A DNA stretch of 64,000 nt from Myxococcota bacterium (GTDB lineage: Bacteria; Myxococcota_A; UBA796; UBA2385), in NCBI GenBank assembly GCA_044344255.1, contig JBIJDH010000003.1, positions 480,001-544,000 on the forward strand, read 5' to 3'. Shown here in pieces: positions 7,675 to 18,777 of the stretch. The notes beneath the pieces were generated by a model, which saw only the letters and a list, made by a program, of their open reading frames with translations, had not been told where the DNA came from and ran no database searches. A program made the position numbers and the translations under genes. Positions within the stretch are counted from its first letter, which is position 1; every line of letters begins with the position of its first letter.

Positions 7675-10646
7675 AGCCTTCCCTTCGACTGTTCGCGCTC
7701 ACCCTCCTCACGCTCGGCGCCGTCGCCGCGGAGGCCGCCCCCGATGCGCCGCCCGGTGCGGGAGCTGGCTTCGATCCCGACGCGAAGGGGCCGCCCGAGG
7801 AGGACTTCGGCAACCTCGGCGCCCAGCCGCTCGGCACGGACGCGCTCCTCGCCCTGCAGGAGCGCTGGAAGGCCGCGGGCAAGCTCACCCTCTCCCAGCA
7901 GTCCTACTGGGCCGACGAGACCGTGATCGAGGACGGTGTGTGTCGGGCCAACCTGAAGAAGGGCATCCTGATCCCGATCCTCTCCGGAGGCCAAGGCGTC
8001 CCGGAGCGGAAGGTGGGGGTGGTCTTCGTCGGCAACGGGGAGATGGCGCTGCGCTTCCCCAAGCGGGCGAGCGCGCTCACCTTCGCCAACCACATGGTGC
8101 TCAAGGCCGGGAAGGACCGGCAGGAGCTCGCGCCCGTCGCTCATCAGGAGCGCCCCTTCACCGACTCCATCACCCGCGCGGTGATCTTCTCGGCGGACCC
8201 CGTCGTGGAGGGCCTGCTCGCCAAGCTCGACCCGGTCGGGGGCGGCATGGTCGAGCGTGCCCGCGCCGACGGGGTGGACGCCGAGTATGTCGTGACGAGC
8301 GATCGGGGCGAGCTTAAGGCCCGGGCGATCGCGCGGGATCTGCTCCCGGAGCGGCGGCTGGAGCTCTTCAAGGGCGGCCTCGACCCCATCGAGATCCTCC
8401 GCTTTGACCGGATGCTCCACGAGGAGCTCGGGACACCTGGCTCCAAGCTCCGGATGATCGCCGACTTCCGCACCGAGACCCGCTTCCACGTGGCCACGGG
8501 CGCCTATGACAGCCTGGGCTCGAAGGAGCACGACAAGTGGCTGACCTGCTACCGCGATGGCACGGACCACCGGGACACCGGGCTCGCGTCGGTCGCCTTC
8601 GCGCACGGCACGGACTCCCTCGACCAGCAGCACCTCGTGCAGTTCAGCGGGCTCGAGTTCCCGCCCGAGGCCCCTGGCCTGGCGCCGATGGCCCAGTCCC
8701 GCATCGAGGCCGTGCGGGCCGAGGTCACCGCGGAGGTCACCCCCACCCGCAGCATGGCGGAGGTGAAGGTCAAGGTCACCTCGAAGCTCGTGCTGCGCGC
8801 CCGCGAGGAGAACGTGCGCAGCGTGGTGATGCGCCTGCCGCGCCACGAGGCGGTGGAGAAGAGCTGGCAGCTCGACAAGCTGGCCGTGGTGAGCGGGGCC
8901 CCCCTCGGCTGGCTGGAGATCGACTCCGGGCTGCCCGCGGAGGTGGACGCGCGGCCGCCCAACAAGCCCGCCGCTCCTGCGGGCAGCGGCGGCGGCGCCG
9001 CGTCCGGCGGCTCCGAGGGGGCCTCTGCCGGAGCCACCTCGGTGGCGGGCAGCTCGGAGATCAGCGCCTCGAGCGGCGCCCTCGACCACATCATCAACCC
9101 GGAGGTCGCGCGGGTCACCAGCCGGCTCATCGAGCAGCGGATGGAGCGCCGCCAGGAGGTGCTGGTCGTCCTCCCCACCCCGCTCAAGTACGGCGAAGAG
9201 GTGGAGATCGAGCTCAACTGGCAGGCGCGCTGGCCCTTCGCGCGCTGGTCGACGGTGGAGAGCGCGCAGGGGGAGCGGTTCCAGTCCAACGGCGCCAGCA
9301 CCGGCCTGCGCAGCCTGCTCCCCGAGCTCCTCCCCACGCTGGGCGGTACGCCCTGGGACGTCAAGGCCACCATCGGGGTGCCGCCGCGCCGCGTCGACGT
9401 CGCGATCACCGGCGAGACGATGAAGGAGTGGGTGGACGAGGGTGGCTGGAACTGGACCAGCACCCAGGCCGAGCACGTTCGGCGCCCGGCGGTGGCGCTG
9501 GGGCGCTGGCAGAGCAAGGCCGACCCGAGCGTCCCCTCGGCCGGGCTCCCTGCGGTGCGGGCGCACCTCTTCGGCAGCTCGGCCGCCTCCCTCGACCAGT
9601 TCGGCCCGGAGGTGCGCCGGGTCCTGACCTTCCTCCGACGCTTCCTCCCCTTGCCCTCGGGCGCGGAGATCGACGTCTTCCAGGGGCCGAGCAACTTCGT
9701 CGACGAGGCCTTCGCCGCTGCGCATGAGCAGACCGCGGCGGGCATGGTCGGCATCCAGACGATCACGGTCGCAGGGGTCGTCGACGCCGGGAACGCGCAG
9801 GCCGCCACCAAGCACATCACCCAGACCCAGATCGCCCGGCAGGTGGCGGGGCAGGTCTGGGGCCAGACGGTGGCGCCGGCGAGCGAGCGAGACGCCTGGT
9901 TCGTGGCCGCCCTCTCGGACGCCTACTCCGCCTTCTACGTGCGGGCCGCGCTCAAGGAGGAGGGCTTCAACGACTTCGAGGGGCGGGTCGAGCACGTTCG
10001 GAAGGAGCTCGAGAACCCGACCGATCGAAACGTGCTGATGAAGAACGACCAGCGGCAGTTCATCTCGCTCACCGACGGGGGCTCGCTCTTCGCCGACCAG
10101 CCCCGGCTCTTCGATGATTACGCCTTCTTTCTCTTCAGCCGCGTGCTGCGGGAGCGGCTCGGCGACTACGCCTACTTCCGCGCCCTCGACCGGTTCGCCC
10201 GTCAGTACACCGGGCAGCGGGTGACGACCGAGCAGCTCCTGGCCTCGCTCGAGGCCCACACCGGGGCCGATCTCCAGGACTTCTTCGACTTCTGGGTCTA
10301 CGGCGGCTTCATCCCCGCGGTGACGGTCGAGTACCGGGTGGAGGACACCCAGAACGCGACCGGCCGGATCGTCTACGGCTGCGTGGTCGCCGACGTCCCC
10401 TTCGGTCGCTTCGACGTGCCGGTCGCGGTGCTCGACCAGGGTGGGGCGCGTCGTGTGGCGGCCCTCGTCGAGGTGGAAGACGGCCGGGGCGGCTTCAGCC
10501 TGATCGAGCGGTCGGGGGACATCGAGGTGCAGGTCGATCCGCAGCAGCAGATCCTGTCGTACTCCCGAAAGGTCGACCGGGTGAAGCAGACCACCTGTGA
10601 GCGGGAGGCCGCAGCGCAGAAGGCCCCCGGGCCGAAGTCGCCCTAA
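7671..10646 (+). CDS. Exported M1-aminopeptidase-like protein lacking the zinc motif (pseudo-peptidase)
   Basis: Signal peptide. C-terminal half follows the M1 pattern ([49 protein letters not shown]), but HExxH-x18-E reads RQVAG-x18-A. GTGA overlap with the radical SAM gene. Confidence 0.75.
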   Translation: MKPSLRLFALTLLTLGAVAAEAAPDAPPGAGAGFDPDAKGPPEEDFGNLGAQPLGTDALLALQERWKAAGKLTLSQQSYWADETVIEDGVCRANLKKGILIPILSGGQGVPERKVGVVFVGNGEMALRFPKRASALTFANHMVLKAGKDRQELAPVAHQERPFTDSITRAVIFSADPVVEGLLAKLDPVGGGMVERARADGVDAEYVVTSDRGELKARAIARDLLPERRLELFKGGLDPIEILRFDRMLHEELGTPGSKLRMIADFRTETRFHVATGAYDSLGSKEHDKWLTCYRDGTDHRDTGLASVAFAHGTDSLDQQHLVQFSGLEFPPEAPGLAPMAQSRIEAVRAEVTAEVTPTRSMAEVKVKVTSKLVLRAREENVRSVVMRLPRHEAVEKSWQLDKLAVVSGAPLGWLEIDSGLPAEVDARPPNKPAAPAGSGGGAASGGSEGASAGATSVAGSSEISASSGALDHIINPEVARVTSRLIEQRMERRQEVLVVLPTPLKYGEEVEIELNWQARWPFARWSTVESAQGERFQSNGASTGLRSLLPELLPTLGGTPWDVKATIGVPPRRVDVAITGETMKEWVDEGGWNWTSTQAEHVRRPAVALGRWQSKADPSVPSAGLPAVRAHLFGSSAASLDQFGPEVRRVLTFLRRFLPLPSGAEIDVFQGPSNFVDEAFAAAHEQTAAGMVGIQTITVAGVVDAGNAQAATKHITQTQIARQVAGQVWGQTVAPASERDAWFVAALSDAYSAFYVRAALKEEGFNDFEGRVEHVRKELENPTDRNVLMKNDQRQFISLTDGGSLFADQPRLFDDYAFFLFSRVLRERLGDYAYFRALDRFARQYTGQRVTTEQLLASLEAHTGADLQDFFDFWVYGGFIPAVTVEYRVEDTQNATGRIVYGCVVADVPFGRFDVPVAVLDQGGARRVAALVEVEDGRGGFSLIERSGDIEVQVDPQQQILSYSRKVDRVKQTTCEREAAAQKAPGPKSP

Positions 10647-10667
10647 AGCGGAGCGGAGCGGGGCCCG

Positions 10668-10676
10668 TGGTATCTT
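10668..10676 (+). promoter_or_regulatory. Putative extended -10 promoter for the DA/DS-repeat lipoprotein
   Basis: TGgTATCTT, followed by a strong RBS (AGGAGGT) and ATG 10694. Confidence 0.5.
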
Positions 10677-10693
10677 CAGGGCAGGAGGTGCAC

Positions 10694-11428
<735 letters not shown>

Positions 11429-11530
11429 GCAGCCCGCCCGTGGTGCCGGGTCGGGCGGCCGCGTGCGTGGGCGGCGAAGAGGGGCTCGGGTGTCTTCGTC
11501 TCCGGTGAGGCCCCGCCCGCTGAACCGCTG

Positions 11531-12631
11531 ATGGAGACCCCTGGCGCCATGTCGGAACGCCCCCCGCTCCTCCTGATCCTCAAGCGCCTCTCCGAGCCGG
11601 TGGGCTCGATGTTGGCCTACTGGATCCTCTTCCTGCTGCTCACGAGCTGGCCCACGGAGGAGACCGAGGACTTCACCGCCTCCGAGGCGAGGGGCGGCTA
11701 CCAGGAGGGGGGGCTCCCGGGCGGGGAGGCGAGCGAAGGGGAGGTCGTGATCGGCCTCGCGCCTGCCTTCGAGGAGCCCGCGCCGGAGGAGCCCGCGCCG
11801 GTGGAGCCGCCGGCCCTCCCCCCCGAGGTGGTGGTGGCGCCGCCGCCCGTGCCCGCCGCACCTGTGCCCCCGACCCCGCCCGCGGTCGAGGCCGCCGCCG
11901 AAGCGCCGCCTGAGCTGCCCCCGGTCGAGGCGCCCCCGGAGACGGCGCTGGAGCCTCCGGCCATGGCGGAGCTGGAGAACGGCCCGCCAGACCCCTTCGC
12001 CGAGCTGCCGGTGGTCTTCGATCCGGAGGCCGCGCCCCCCGCCGAGCAGGGCGAGCACGCGCTCAGCGAGGAGGAGGCGGCGGCCGCCGACGCCGCCCTC
12101 GAGGCCGAAGCGGCAGATGCGCTCGGCGAGCCCTCCGTCGAGACCGACGCCGCGCCGCTGCAGATCCGCTACGGGCGGCCCACCACGGCGAGCCGCACGG
12201 TGGGCGTGGTCCGAAAGCAGGCCGCCGCCGAGCGTATCGCCAAGCGGGCCTCGAAGAAGCCCCAGCAGGACTGCCTCCCCGACGACCCGCGCATCACCGA
12301 GGTGGGGAAGGACGACTACGAGCTCTCCCACGAGCTGGTCGAGTACTACACGAGCCACATGAACCAGGCGATGAAGCTCGCCGCCACCTACTGGCACAAG
12401 GACGCCGAGGGCAAGATCGACGGCTTCACCGTTCGGCGGATGCGCTGCGGCAGCACGCTGCACCAGCTCGGCTTCCGCAACGGCGACGTCATCCAGGCCA
12501 TCAACGGCAAGAAGATCCAGTCGATCTCGAGCGCGCTGGCCGCCTTCCGCCGCACGAAGCGGAAGGAGGTCATTCGGGTGGACATCTCCCGTAAGGGGGA
12601 GCCGATCCGTCTCCGCTACCGCATCACCTGA
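11531..12631 (+). CDS. Bitopic protein with a Pro/Glu-rich linker and C-terminal GspC-type PDZ domain
   Basis: One N-terminal TM; long PEPA-rich spacer; C-terminus GKIDGFTVRRMRCGSTLHQLGFRNGDVIQAING...ISRKGEPIRLRYRI resembles the PDZ domain of T2SS protein C. Confidence 0.7.
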   Translation: METPGAMSERPPLLLILKRLSEPVGSMLAYWILFLLLTSWPTEETEDFTASEARGGYQEGGLPGGEASEGEVVIGLAPAFEEPAPEEPAPVEPPALPPEVVVAPPPVPAAPVPPTPPAVEAAAEAPPELPPVEAPPETALEPPAMAELENGPPDPFAELPVVFDPEAAPPAEQGEHALSEEEAAAADAALEAEAADALGEPSVETDAAPLQIRYGRPTTASRTVGVVRKQAAAERIAKRASKKPQQDCLPDDPRITEVGKDDYELSHELVEYYTSHMNQAMKLAATYWHKDAEGKIDGFTVRRMRCGSTLHQLGFRNGDVIQAINGKKIQSISSALAAFRRTKRKEVIRVDISRKGEPIRLRYRIT

Positions 12632-12643
12632 GGGCTCCGCCGC

Positions 12644-15262
12644 TCACGCGCCCGCTCGGCGGAGGGATCGGCGAAGCCAGGCGTCCAAGGGCAGGACCAG
12701 CGCGGCGAGGGCGGCGAGCCAGGGCCACAGCGCGGTGGTGTCTCGGTGCGGCGGCGCGGTGCCCGGCCGGGGCAGGCGCGCCAGCAGCGCCTCGTTGCGC
12801 TCGTCGTGGAGCCCCTCCTCGGCGGGGGCCGTGGTGAGGGTGCGGGCGGCGAGCCGCAGCCCCGCGAGGTCCTGGATCTCGACTTCGACCGCCGTGTTGG
12901 GAGGGGCGGTGAGTCGCCCCGACCAGAGGCCCGGCTCGACCTGGGTGAGGCGCGCGGGCGCTCCGTCGGCCACGCGGGCCTGTGCGCCGTCGAGGGGCAG
13001 GCTGCGCCCCTCGTGGTCCCGCAGTTCGAGCTCGACCTCTAGCTGGTCCCCCGCCGGGCGGGCGCGGAGGAGCTCCGCGTGGGTGCTGCGGCGGGCGGCG
13101 AAGTGGCGGGCCATCTGCACCCAGAGCCGCGGGTAGCCCGACCAGCGCAGCCAGGGAGCCCCCCAGCGGGCGCCCGCGTCGGCGGAGAGGGCGACGACCT
13201 CCCCTTGGCCCACCGACCAGCTCGACAGGATCGGGGCCCCCGCCGGCGTGGCGAGCAGCAGGCGGGCCCGGGGGCGGGCCTTGACCTTGTTTCGACCGAG
13301 CAGAGCCGGCGCCGCGCCGAGCTCGAGCCCCCGCAAGGCCGGGTGCCAGCCGCGGGAGACCACGGGGAAGGGCGCCTCTTCGAGGTTGGCCTTCAGCAGG
13401 CGCTCGGTCTCGGTGATGAAGAGGGTGCGGATGCCGCCGATGTCGCGGGAGAGCTCGAAGCGACCGCCGCCGTCTCGGGCCAGCGAGCGGAGGAACTCGG
13501 CGTCCTTGTCCGCGGCGTCGCCGGCGCCGATCACGGAGAGCGAGATCCCCTCCTGGCCGAGCTGGAGGGCGATGTTGTTCGCGGTGAGCCGGCCCTCTGT
13601 GGTGCTGATGGTCGAGGTCTCGTCGCCGGCGTCGGCGGCGTCGGCGAAGAGGATGACGTGGCGGATGGGCGCGGCGGAGAGGCGGAGCGCGTCTCGGGCA
13701 GCCACGAGGGCCTGAACGGCGAAGATCCCGCCGCCGCCAGCCGTGATCGAGCGGATTCGTTTCAACAGAGGCCGCCGGGGCTCGGTGGACTGCATCGGCA
13801 CCGCCCAATGGGCCTCGCTGTCCACCGCCACGAGGCCGACGGTGTCGAAGGGCCGCAGCTTCTCGACGGCGGCGGCGGCGGCCTCGAGCACGAGCTCCAT
13901 CTTGGATCCCGCAGGGCGGCCGCCGACCATCATGTTCATGACCCCGGCGCTGACGTCGAGGGCGCCCTGGACGGCAGGGCGGGCCATCGAGCCCGACTTG
14001 TCGAGGATGAGGACCAGGGCGACGGCGGGCTCGCGCACCTTGCCCGCCGGCTCGGACTCCACCGGCAGCAGGCTGCTGAGGCGGGAGCTGCTGTAGTCGC
14101 CGTGATCGTAGGCGTGCTCCCCGCCGAGGACGACGAGGCCACCGCCGCTGCGCACGAATGCCTCGATCACGGGCAGGGCCGACGCAGGCAGGGCGGGGAC
14201 CGTGGAGGCGCCGGTGGGGACGTCGGCGAGCGCGATGGCGTCGGTCTCTTGGAGGAGGGCCTCGAGATCACGGGGGAGCCGGTCGGGGCGGAGGACGGTC
14301 ACCCGGATGCCGTCGGCCTCCCACGCGGCGGTGAGGGGGCGGGTGTCGCGGGCGTCGTGGCCGAGGAGCAGGATCGAGGGTGGGCGGCTGATCTCCACCC
14401 CGACCGCGACCGCGCGCTCCGGCCCGCCCGTGGCCTCGGGGCTCATCGAGGGGGTGCGCGGCCCGCCGAGGTGCACGTCCAGGCGCAGGAAGCCCGGGGC
14501 CAGCTCGGTGGGGAGCGAGACGTTGAGCGGCAGCGATCGGATCGTGTCGTCGAGCGTGACCGGCGTGTCGGAGAGCACGACGCCCCCGGCCTCCACGGTG
14601 AGCCTGCCCGAGTAGGGGCCGCGCAGGCTGATCTGGAGGGGGAGCGTGGCGCCGGGGGCGAAGGGGCCCTCGGTCGGCTCGACCCGGAGGACGCGGGGGC
14701 CGCTCGACCGAGGGGTGAGGGGCTCCACGGACAGGCCTACCCCGCGGGCGTCGAGGCCTGCGAGGGCGGCCTCGACGGCGCCTGAGGTGTCCTGACCGTC
14801 GGTCCAGAGGCGGATCTGCCCCGGCCGGTCGGCGGGGATCAGGCGGAGGGCATACTCCAGGGCGGCGCCGAGGTCGGTCGAGGCGGCGTCTCCGGCCGGG
14901 GCGTCGGGCGGCGCGTCCTCCACGCGGGCGGAAGCGGTGGGGGTGGCGCCGAAGGTGATCAGGCTGGCGCGTTGACCCTCGGGCAGGGCGGCGGCCTCGG
15001 CCCGGGCCGCGTCCAGGGCGGCGGCGACGCTGGCCTCGGGGATCGAGGCCGAGCGGTCGATGACGAAGATCGTGGCCTCTTCGGCGTCTTCGAGGCGGAG
15101 CCGGGGATCGGCCAGGGCGAGGCTGAGCAGGCCGAGGGCCGCGAGGCGGCTCCACACAGCGCCTCGGGGGCCGAGCCGACGCCGCTCGAGCCAAGCGAGG
15201 ATCAAGGCGGGGGCGAGCAGTCCCAGCCAGAGGGGCGCCGAGAGCTGAAGCGGGAGGTTCAC
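12644..15262 (-). CDS. Membrane protein with two VWA domains and a glutamine-amidotransferase-like domain
   Basis: Start GTG 15262 (GTGA overlap with the upstream stop; the ORF-track extension to 16507 is spurious). MIDAS motifs VIDRSAS and ILDKSGSM, FVRSGGGLVVLGG, C-terminal TM LWPWLAALAALVLPLD. Confidence 0.85.
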   Translation of the reverse strand: MNLPLQLSAPLWLGLLAPALILAWLERRRLGPRGAVWSRLAALGLLSLALADPRLRLEDAEEATIFVIDRSASIPEASVAAALDAARAEAAALPEGQRASLITFGATPTASARVEDAPPDAPAGDAASTDLGAALEYALRLIPADRPGQIRLWTDGQDTSGAVEAALAGLDARGVGLSVEPLTPRSSGPRVLRVEPTEGPFAPGATLPLQISLRGPYSGRLTVEAGGVVLSDTPVTLDDTIRSLPLNVSLPTELAPGFLRLDVHLGGPRTPSMSPEATGGPERAVAVGVEISRPPSILLLGHDARDTRPLTAAWEADGIRVTVLRPDRLPRDLEALLQETDAIALADVPTGASTVPALPASALPVIEAFVRSGGGLVVLGGEHAYDHGDYSSSRLSSLLPVESEPAGKVREPAVALVLILDKSGSMARPAVQGALDVSAGVMNMMVGGRPAGSKMELVLEAAAAAVEKLRPFDTVGLVAVDSEAHWAVPMQSTEPRRPLLKRIRSITAGGGGIFAVQALVAARDALRLSAAPIRHVILFADAADAGDETSTISTTEGRLTANNIALQLGQEGISLSVIGAGDAADKDAEFLRSLARDGGGRFELSRDIGGIRTLFITETERLLKANLEEAPFPVVSRGWHPALRGLELGAAPALLGRNKVKARPRARLLLATPAGAPILSSWSVGQGEVVALSADAGARWGAPWLRWSGYPRLWVQMARHFAARRSTHAELLRARPAGDQLEVELELRDHEGRSLPLDGAQARVADGAPARLTQVEPGLWSGRLTAPPNTAVEVEIQDLAGLRLAARTLTTAPAEEGLHDERNEALLARLPRPGTAPPHRDTTALWPWLAALAALVLPLDAWLRRSLRRAGA

Positions 15263-16806
15263 GGAGACCGCCTGCGGGCCAGACCGAGGCCACCCTCGAG
15301 GAGCATCAACCCGAAGCCGAGGGCGAGCAGGGGGCGACCCAGGCGGAGGGGAGGCGGGAGGGCGCTCCCCTCTGTGGGCGGGCGGCTCAGGGTCTGGGCG
15401 GCGCTCAGCAGGCCCTCCCCTCGCGCCGAGGGCGGCAGGGGCACGGCCTCCTCGACGAGGTTGGCGATCAGGTGCACGAAGCCGGCCCGGAGGCCGAGGT
15501 CGGACTGGCGGAGATCGAGGCCCCACCAGGTCCCCCGGTCGCCCGGGAGGCGGAGGGCCAGCGCCCCGGCGTGGGTCGTGAGGAGGGGGGCGCTGCCCGC
15601 GGGAGGGTCGATCACCCAGGCGCCGCCCGCCCGGATCCCCTCGAGCTCGACGAAGCGCAGCGAGGGATCGGCGTCGGCGCTGCCTTGCAGCTCGACGTCG
15701 CCCAGGCGCCGTGCCCCGTTGAGGCCGATCACCCGCGGGTCTAGGCCAAAGACCGCCACCCGCTGCGCCTGGGGGATCGTGCCGGCGGGGAGGGCCTCCA
15801 GTACGAGCAGATCGGGGGCCTCGGCGGGGAGCGGCTCGCCGGGCGCGAGTGGGCGGAGGTGGACCCTCGGATGGGCGCCAAGGGCGGCGGCGAGGAAGCC
15901 CGTGGGGCTCCCGGTGACCAGCACGACCTCGGCGGCCCGGCCGGCGGCGATGTGGAGCGTGGCGCGGTCGTCGGCGGGGAGCTCGTCGGCCACGCCGAGT
16001 CGCACCTCGAGGTCGGTGGCCGCGGTGGTGACGGTGTAGAGCCGCTGCAGCTCCCCGTCGATTGCCAGGACCTCGTCGATCAGGACGGCCTCGCCCGCCG
16101 AGACGCGGAGGCGCTCCTCGCCGGGATCGGTGGAGCGGAGGTCGACCGCGAGCTCGATCGAGCCGAGCTGATCCGAGGCTCGACCCACGAGGGCGGTGAT
16201 GCCGGCGTTCGGCGCGGAGGAGCCGAGGGAGACCCGGCTCGTCGGGCAGCGGAGGCCCTCGGGGAGCGGGCTGTCGGTGGCGGCGGTGAGGTGGGGCGGC
16301 GGCTCGGCGGCGCAGAGCGCGAGGAGGGTGGCGGCCACCGGGCCGTCCTCGCCGCTCGGGCGGGCCTCGTCGAGGAGGTCGGTGAGGGCCTGCGGATCGT
16401 GGGAGTCGCGGAGGCGCAGGGTCGCCGGGGCGGTGGTGAGGACGCTGATGGGGTCGGCGGGGTGCGCGGCGATGAGCGCGCGGGCGGCTGCCTGGGCGGC
16501 GGTCCACCGGCCGCCGGCGCCCATGCTCGCCGAGGTGTCGAGGAGGAGGAGCTGGCCTCCCGCCGAGCGCGCGGGGCCGAAGGAGAGCGCGGCCACGACC
16601 AGGCCGAGGCTGAGCAGGAAGAGGGCCAAGGACAGCCGATCGCGGACCCGCGCGGGGGGCGCCGCGCGGAGCCCTGCTGGCAGGTGCCGGAGGAGGAAGA
16701 GGGAGCCCACGAGGCGGGCCACCGGCGGCGGCGGTCGACGGAAGGCGATGATGATCGGCCAGGCGAGCAGCAGGAGGGCGAGGGCGAGGGGGCTCGTCAG
16801 GCTCAA
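15259..16806 (-). CDS. BatA-type/VWA domain membrane protein
   Basis: BatA-like N-terminal TM pair, MIDAS LLDTSASM, C-terminal TM; within the MoxR operon. Confidence 0.8.
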   Translation of the reverse strand: MSLTSPLALALLLLAWPIIIAFRRPPPPVARLVGSLFLLRHLPAGLRAAPPARVRDRLSLALFLLSLGLVVAALSFGPARSAGGQLLLLDTSASMGAGGRWTAAQAAARALIAAHPADPISVLTTAPATLRLRDSHDPQALTDLLDEARPSGEDGPVAATLLALCAAEPPPHLTAATDSPLPEGLRCPTSRVSLGSSAPNAGITALVGRASDQLGSIELAVDLRSTDPGEERLRVSAGEAVLIDEVLAIDGELQRLYTVTTAATDLEVRLGVADELPADDRATLHIAAGRAAEVVLVTGSPTGFLAAALGAHPRVHLRPLAPGEPLPAEAPDLLVLEALPAGTIPQAQRVAVFGLDPRVIGLNGARRLGDVELQGSADADPSLRFVELEGIRAGGAWVIDPPAGSAPLLTTHAGALALRLPGDRGTWWGLDLRQSDLGLRAGFVHLIANLVEEAVPLPPSARGEGLLSAAQTLSRPPTEGSALPPPLRLGRPLLALGFGLMLLEGGLGLARRRSP

Positions 16807-17690
16807 GGCGCGGCGCTCCCCTCGAGGATCCCGCTCCGGCGCAAGGAGCGAAAGAGGAGCTCGGAGATGGAGGTCGTGGTGGGGCAGAAGATGTAGAGCA
16901 GGCCGAGGTCTCGGCAGCGGACCATCAGCCGCTCTCGGAAGAGCTGCTCCGCCTCGGCCAGCGCCGCCTGGAGGCTCGGGCCGCCGCTCCAGCGGAGGCG
17001 CTCGCCGGACTCGGCGTCGATGAGCTCCTGCTCTCCCTCCCCGGCGATGTGCCGGTCTGCCTCGCCGAGCACGTGGAGGAGCACGCCGGAGCGCGCGCTG
17101 CTGGCCAGGGCGCGGAGCGTGCGCTGCTGGGCCTCCTCGTCGAAGAGCATGTCGCTGATGAGGAAGGCGCGGTCAGCCCGCCCCTTCCCGGCGAGGGTCA
17201 ACAGGGTGGAGCGGGGCTCGCTCGGCCCCTCGGGCTGGGTGCGGCCGAGGAGGTCGAGCAGCAGGCCGAGCGTGCGCAGATCGGCGCCGTCGAAGCGACC
17301 GCCCGCCGGCAGGCCGCCCGCTACGGCGAAGGAGACGCGGTCTCGATGGTGGAGGCCGACGAAGGCGAGGCAAGCGGCGAGCGAGCCGGCGTGGTCAAGC
17401 TTCTTGGGCTCCGCGCCGCCCATCGAGGCCGAGCCGTCGAGGGTGATCAACACGCGGCTGTTCCGCTCCTCGTGGAACAGGCGCACGAGGAGGGTCTCCA
17501 GGCGGGCGTAGGCGTTCCAGTCGACGAGGCGGAGGTCGTCGCCGGGGTGGTAGGCCCGGTGATCGGCGAACTCCACGCCGGCCCCGAGCGTGTTCGAGCG
17601 CCGACCCCCCTGGCCCGTCCCCTCCGTGGGGCGGGGGACTCGGTTGCGCAGGCGACCGAGGAGCGGGAACAGGCTGCGATCGACCTCCAC
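16803..17690 (-). CDS. DUF58 domain protein
   Basis: GVEFADHRAYHPGDDLRLVDWNAYAR, LDGSASM, LISDM. Confidence 0.93.
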   Translation of the reverse strand: MEVDRSLFPLLGRLRNRVPRPTEGTGQGGRRSNTLGAGVEFADHRAYHPGDDLRLVDWNAYARLETLLVRLFHEERNSRVLITLDGSASMGGAEPKKLDHAGSLAACLAFVGLHHRDRVSFAVAGGLPAGGRFDGADLRTLGLLLDLLGRTQPEGPSEPRSTLLTLAGKGRADRAFLISDMLFDEEAQQRTLRALASSARSGVLLHVLGEADRHIAGEGEQELIDAESGERLRWSGGPSLQAALAEAEQLFRERLMVRCRDLGLLYIFCPTTTSISELLFRSLRRSGILEGSAAP

Positions 17691-18674
17691 TCAGCCCTCG
17701 CGCAGGCTTTCGAGCACGGCGTCGACCACCGCCTCGCTCTTGACCCCCTCGAGCTCCGCCTCGAGCCCGAGGAAGACACGGTGGCGGAGGACGGGGCGGG
17801 CGACGGCGCGGAGATCGCCCGGGCCGACGAAGGCGCGCCCCTCGAGCAGGGCGTGGGCGCGGCCGGCGAGGAGCAGGGCTTGGGTGGCGCGGGGGCTCGC
17901 CCCGTATCGGAGGAAGCGGCGCACCGAGGCGGGGCAGGTGGGGCTCTCGGGGTGGGTCGCCAGGGTGAGCCGCGCGGCGAGGTTGCCCATCGCCTCGCTG
18001 ACGACGATGCCTCGGGTGAGGGCCTGGAGGTCGAGGACGCCGTCGCGATCGAGCACCGCGGAGAGGGTGGGCGTGGCGGTGCCCGTGGTCTCCATGCCGA
18101 TGCGCTGGAGTACGGCGAGGGAGGGGTAGGGCACGACGAGCTTGAAGAGGAAGCGGTCGAGCTGGGCCTCCGGCAGCGGGTAGGTGCCTTCCATCTCGAT
18201 CGGGTTCTGGGTGCCGATGACGAAGAAGGGGGCCTCGAGGGGCCGCTGCTCGCCGGCCACGGTGACGGAGCGCTCGGCCATCGCCTCCAGCATCGCCGAC
18301 TGGGTCTTGGGCGTGCCGCGGTTGATCTCGTCGGCCAGCACGATGTTCGAGAAGACGGGGCCGGGGCGGAAGCGGAGGTCGGCTCGACCGGCTTCGTCGC
18401 GCACCATCACCGTGGCGCCCGTGATGTCGGCGGGCATCAGGTCGGGGGTGAACTGGATGCGCGAGAAGCGGAGGTGGAGGGCCTGGGAGAGGGCCTTGAC
18501 GATCAGCGTCTTGCCGAGGCCGGGCGTGCCCTCCAGCAGGACATGGCCGCCGGCGAGCAGGCCGAGCAGCACGAAGCGCACCAGCTCATCCTGGCCGATG
18601 ATCACCTTTCGAAGCTCCGCTTCGAGGCGTTTGAGGGCGGCTGCGGACCCCCCCAGGCGGTCTTCTGCGCTCAT
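17691..18674 (-). CDS. moxR: MoxR-family AAA+ ATPase
   Basis: LLEGTPGLGKT, RIQFTPDLMPADITG, LADEINR, TQNPIEMEGTYPLPEAQLDRF. Start ATG 18674. Confidence 0.95.
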   Translation of the reverse strand: MSAEDRLGGSAAALKRLEAELRKVIIGQDELVRFVLLGLLAGGHVLLEGTPGLGKTLIVKALSQALHLRFSRIQFTPDLMPADITGATVMVRDEAGRADLRFRPGPVFSNIVLADEINRGTPKTQSAMLEAMAERSVTVAGEQRPLEAPFFVIGTQNPIEMEGTYPLPEAQLDRFLFKLVVPYPSLAVLQRIGMETTGTATPTLSAVLDRDGVLDLQALTRGIVVSEAMGNLAARLTLATHPESPTCPASVRRFLRYGASPRATQALLLAGRAHALLEGRAFVGPGDLRAVARPVLRHRVFLGLEAELEGVKSEAVVDAVLESLREG

Positions 18675-18777
18675 GCGGGCTCGGGGGCTGGACGGTTGCG
18701 AGGGGAGGGGCGGCGGGGCGGGTGCGCGCTCAGGGCCGGAGACTCTACCTCGCCGATCGGTGCGATGATGGGCCCGC

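Noticed and set aside
15263..16507. N-terminal extension of the 1287-aa ORF (possible frameshift fusion)
   Set aside because: Arg/Pro-rich off-frame read of the BatA/VWA gene; a GTGA-coupled start at 15262 explains the junction.
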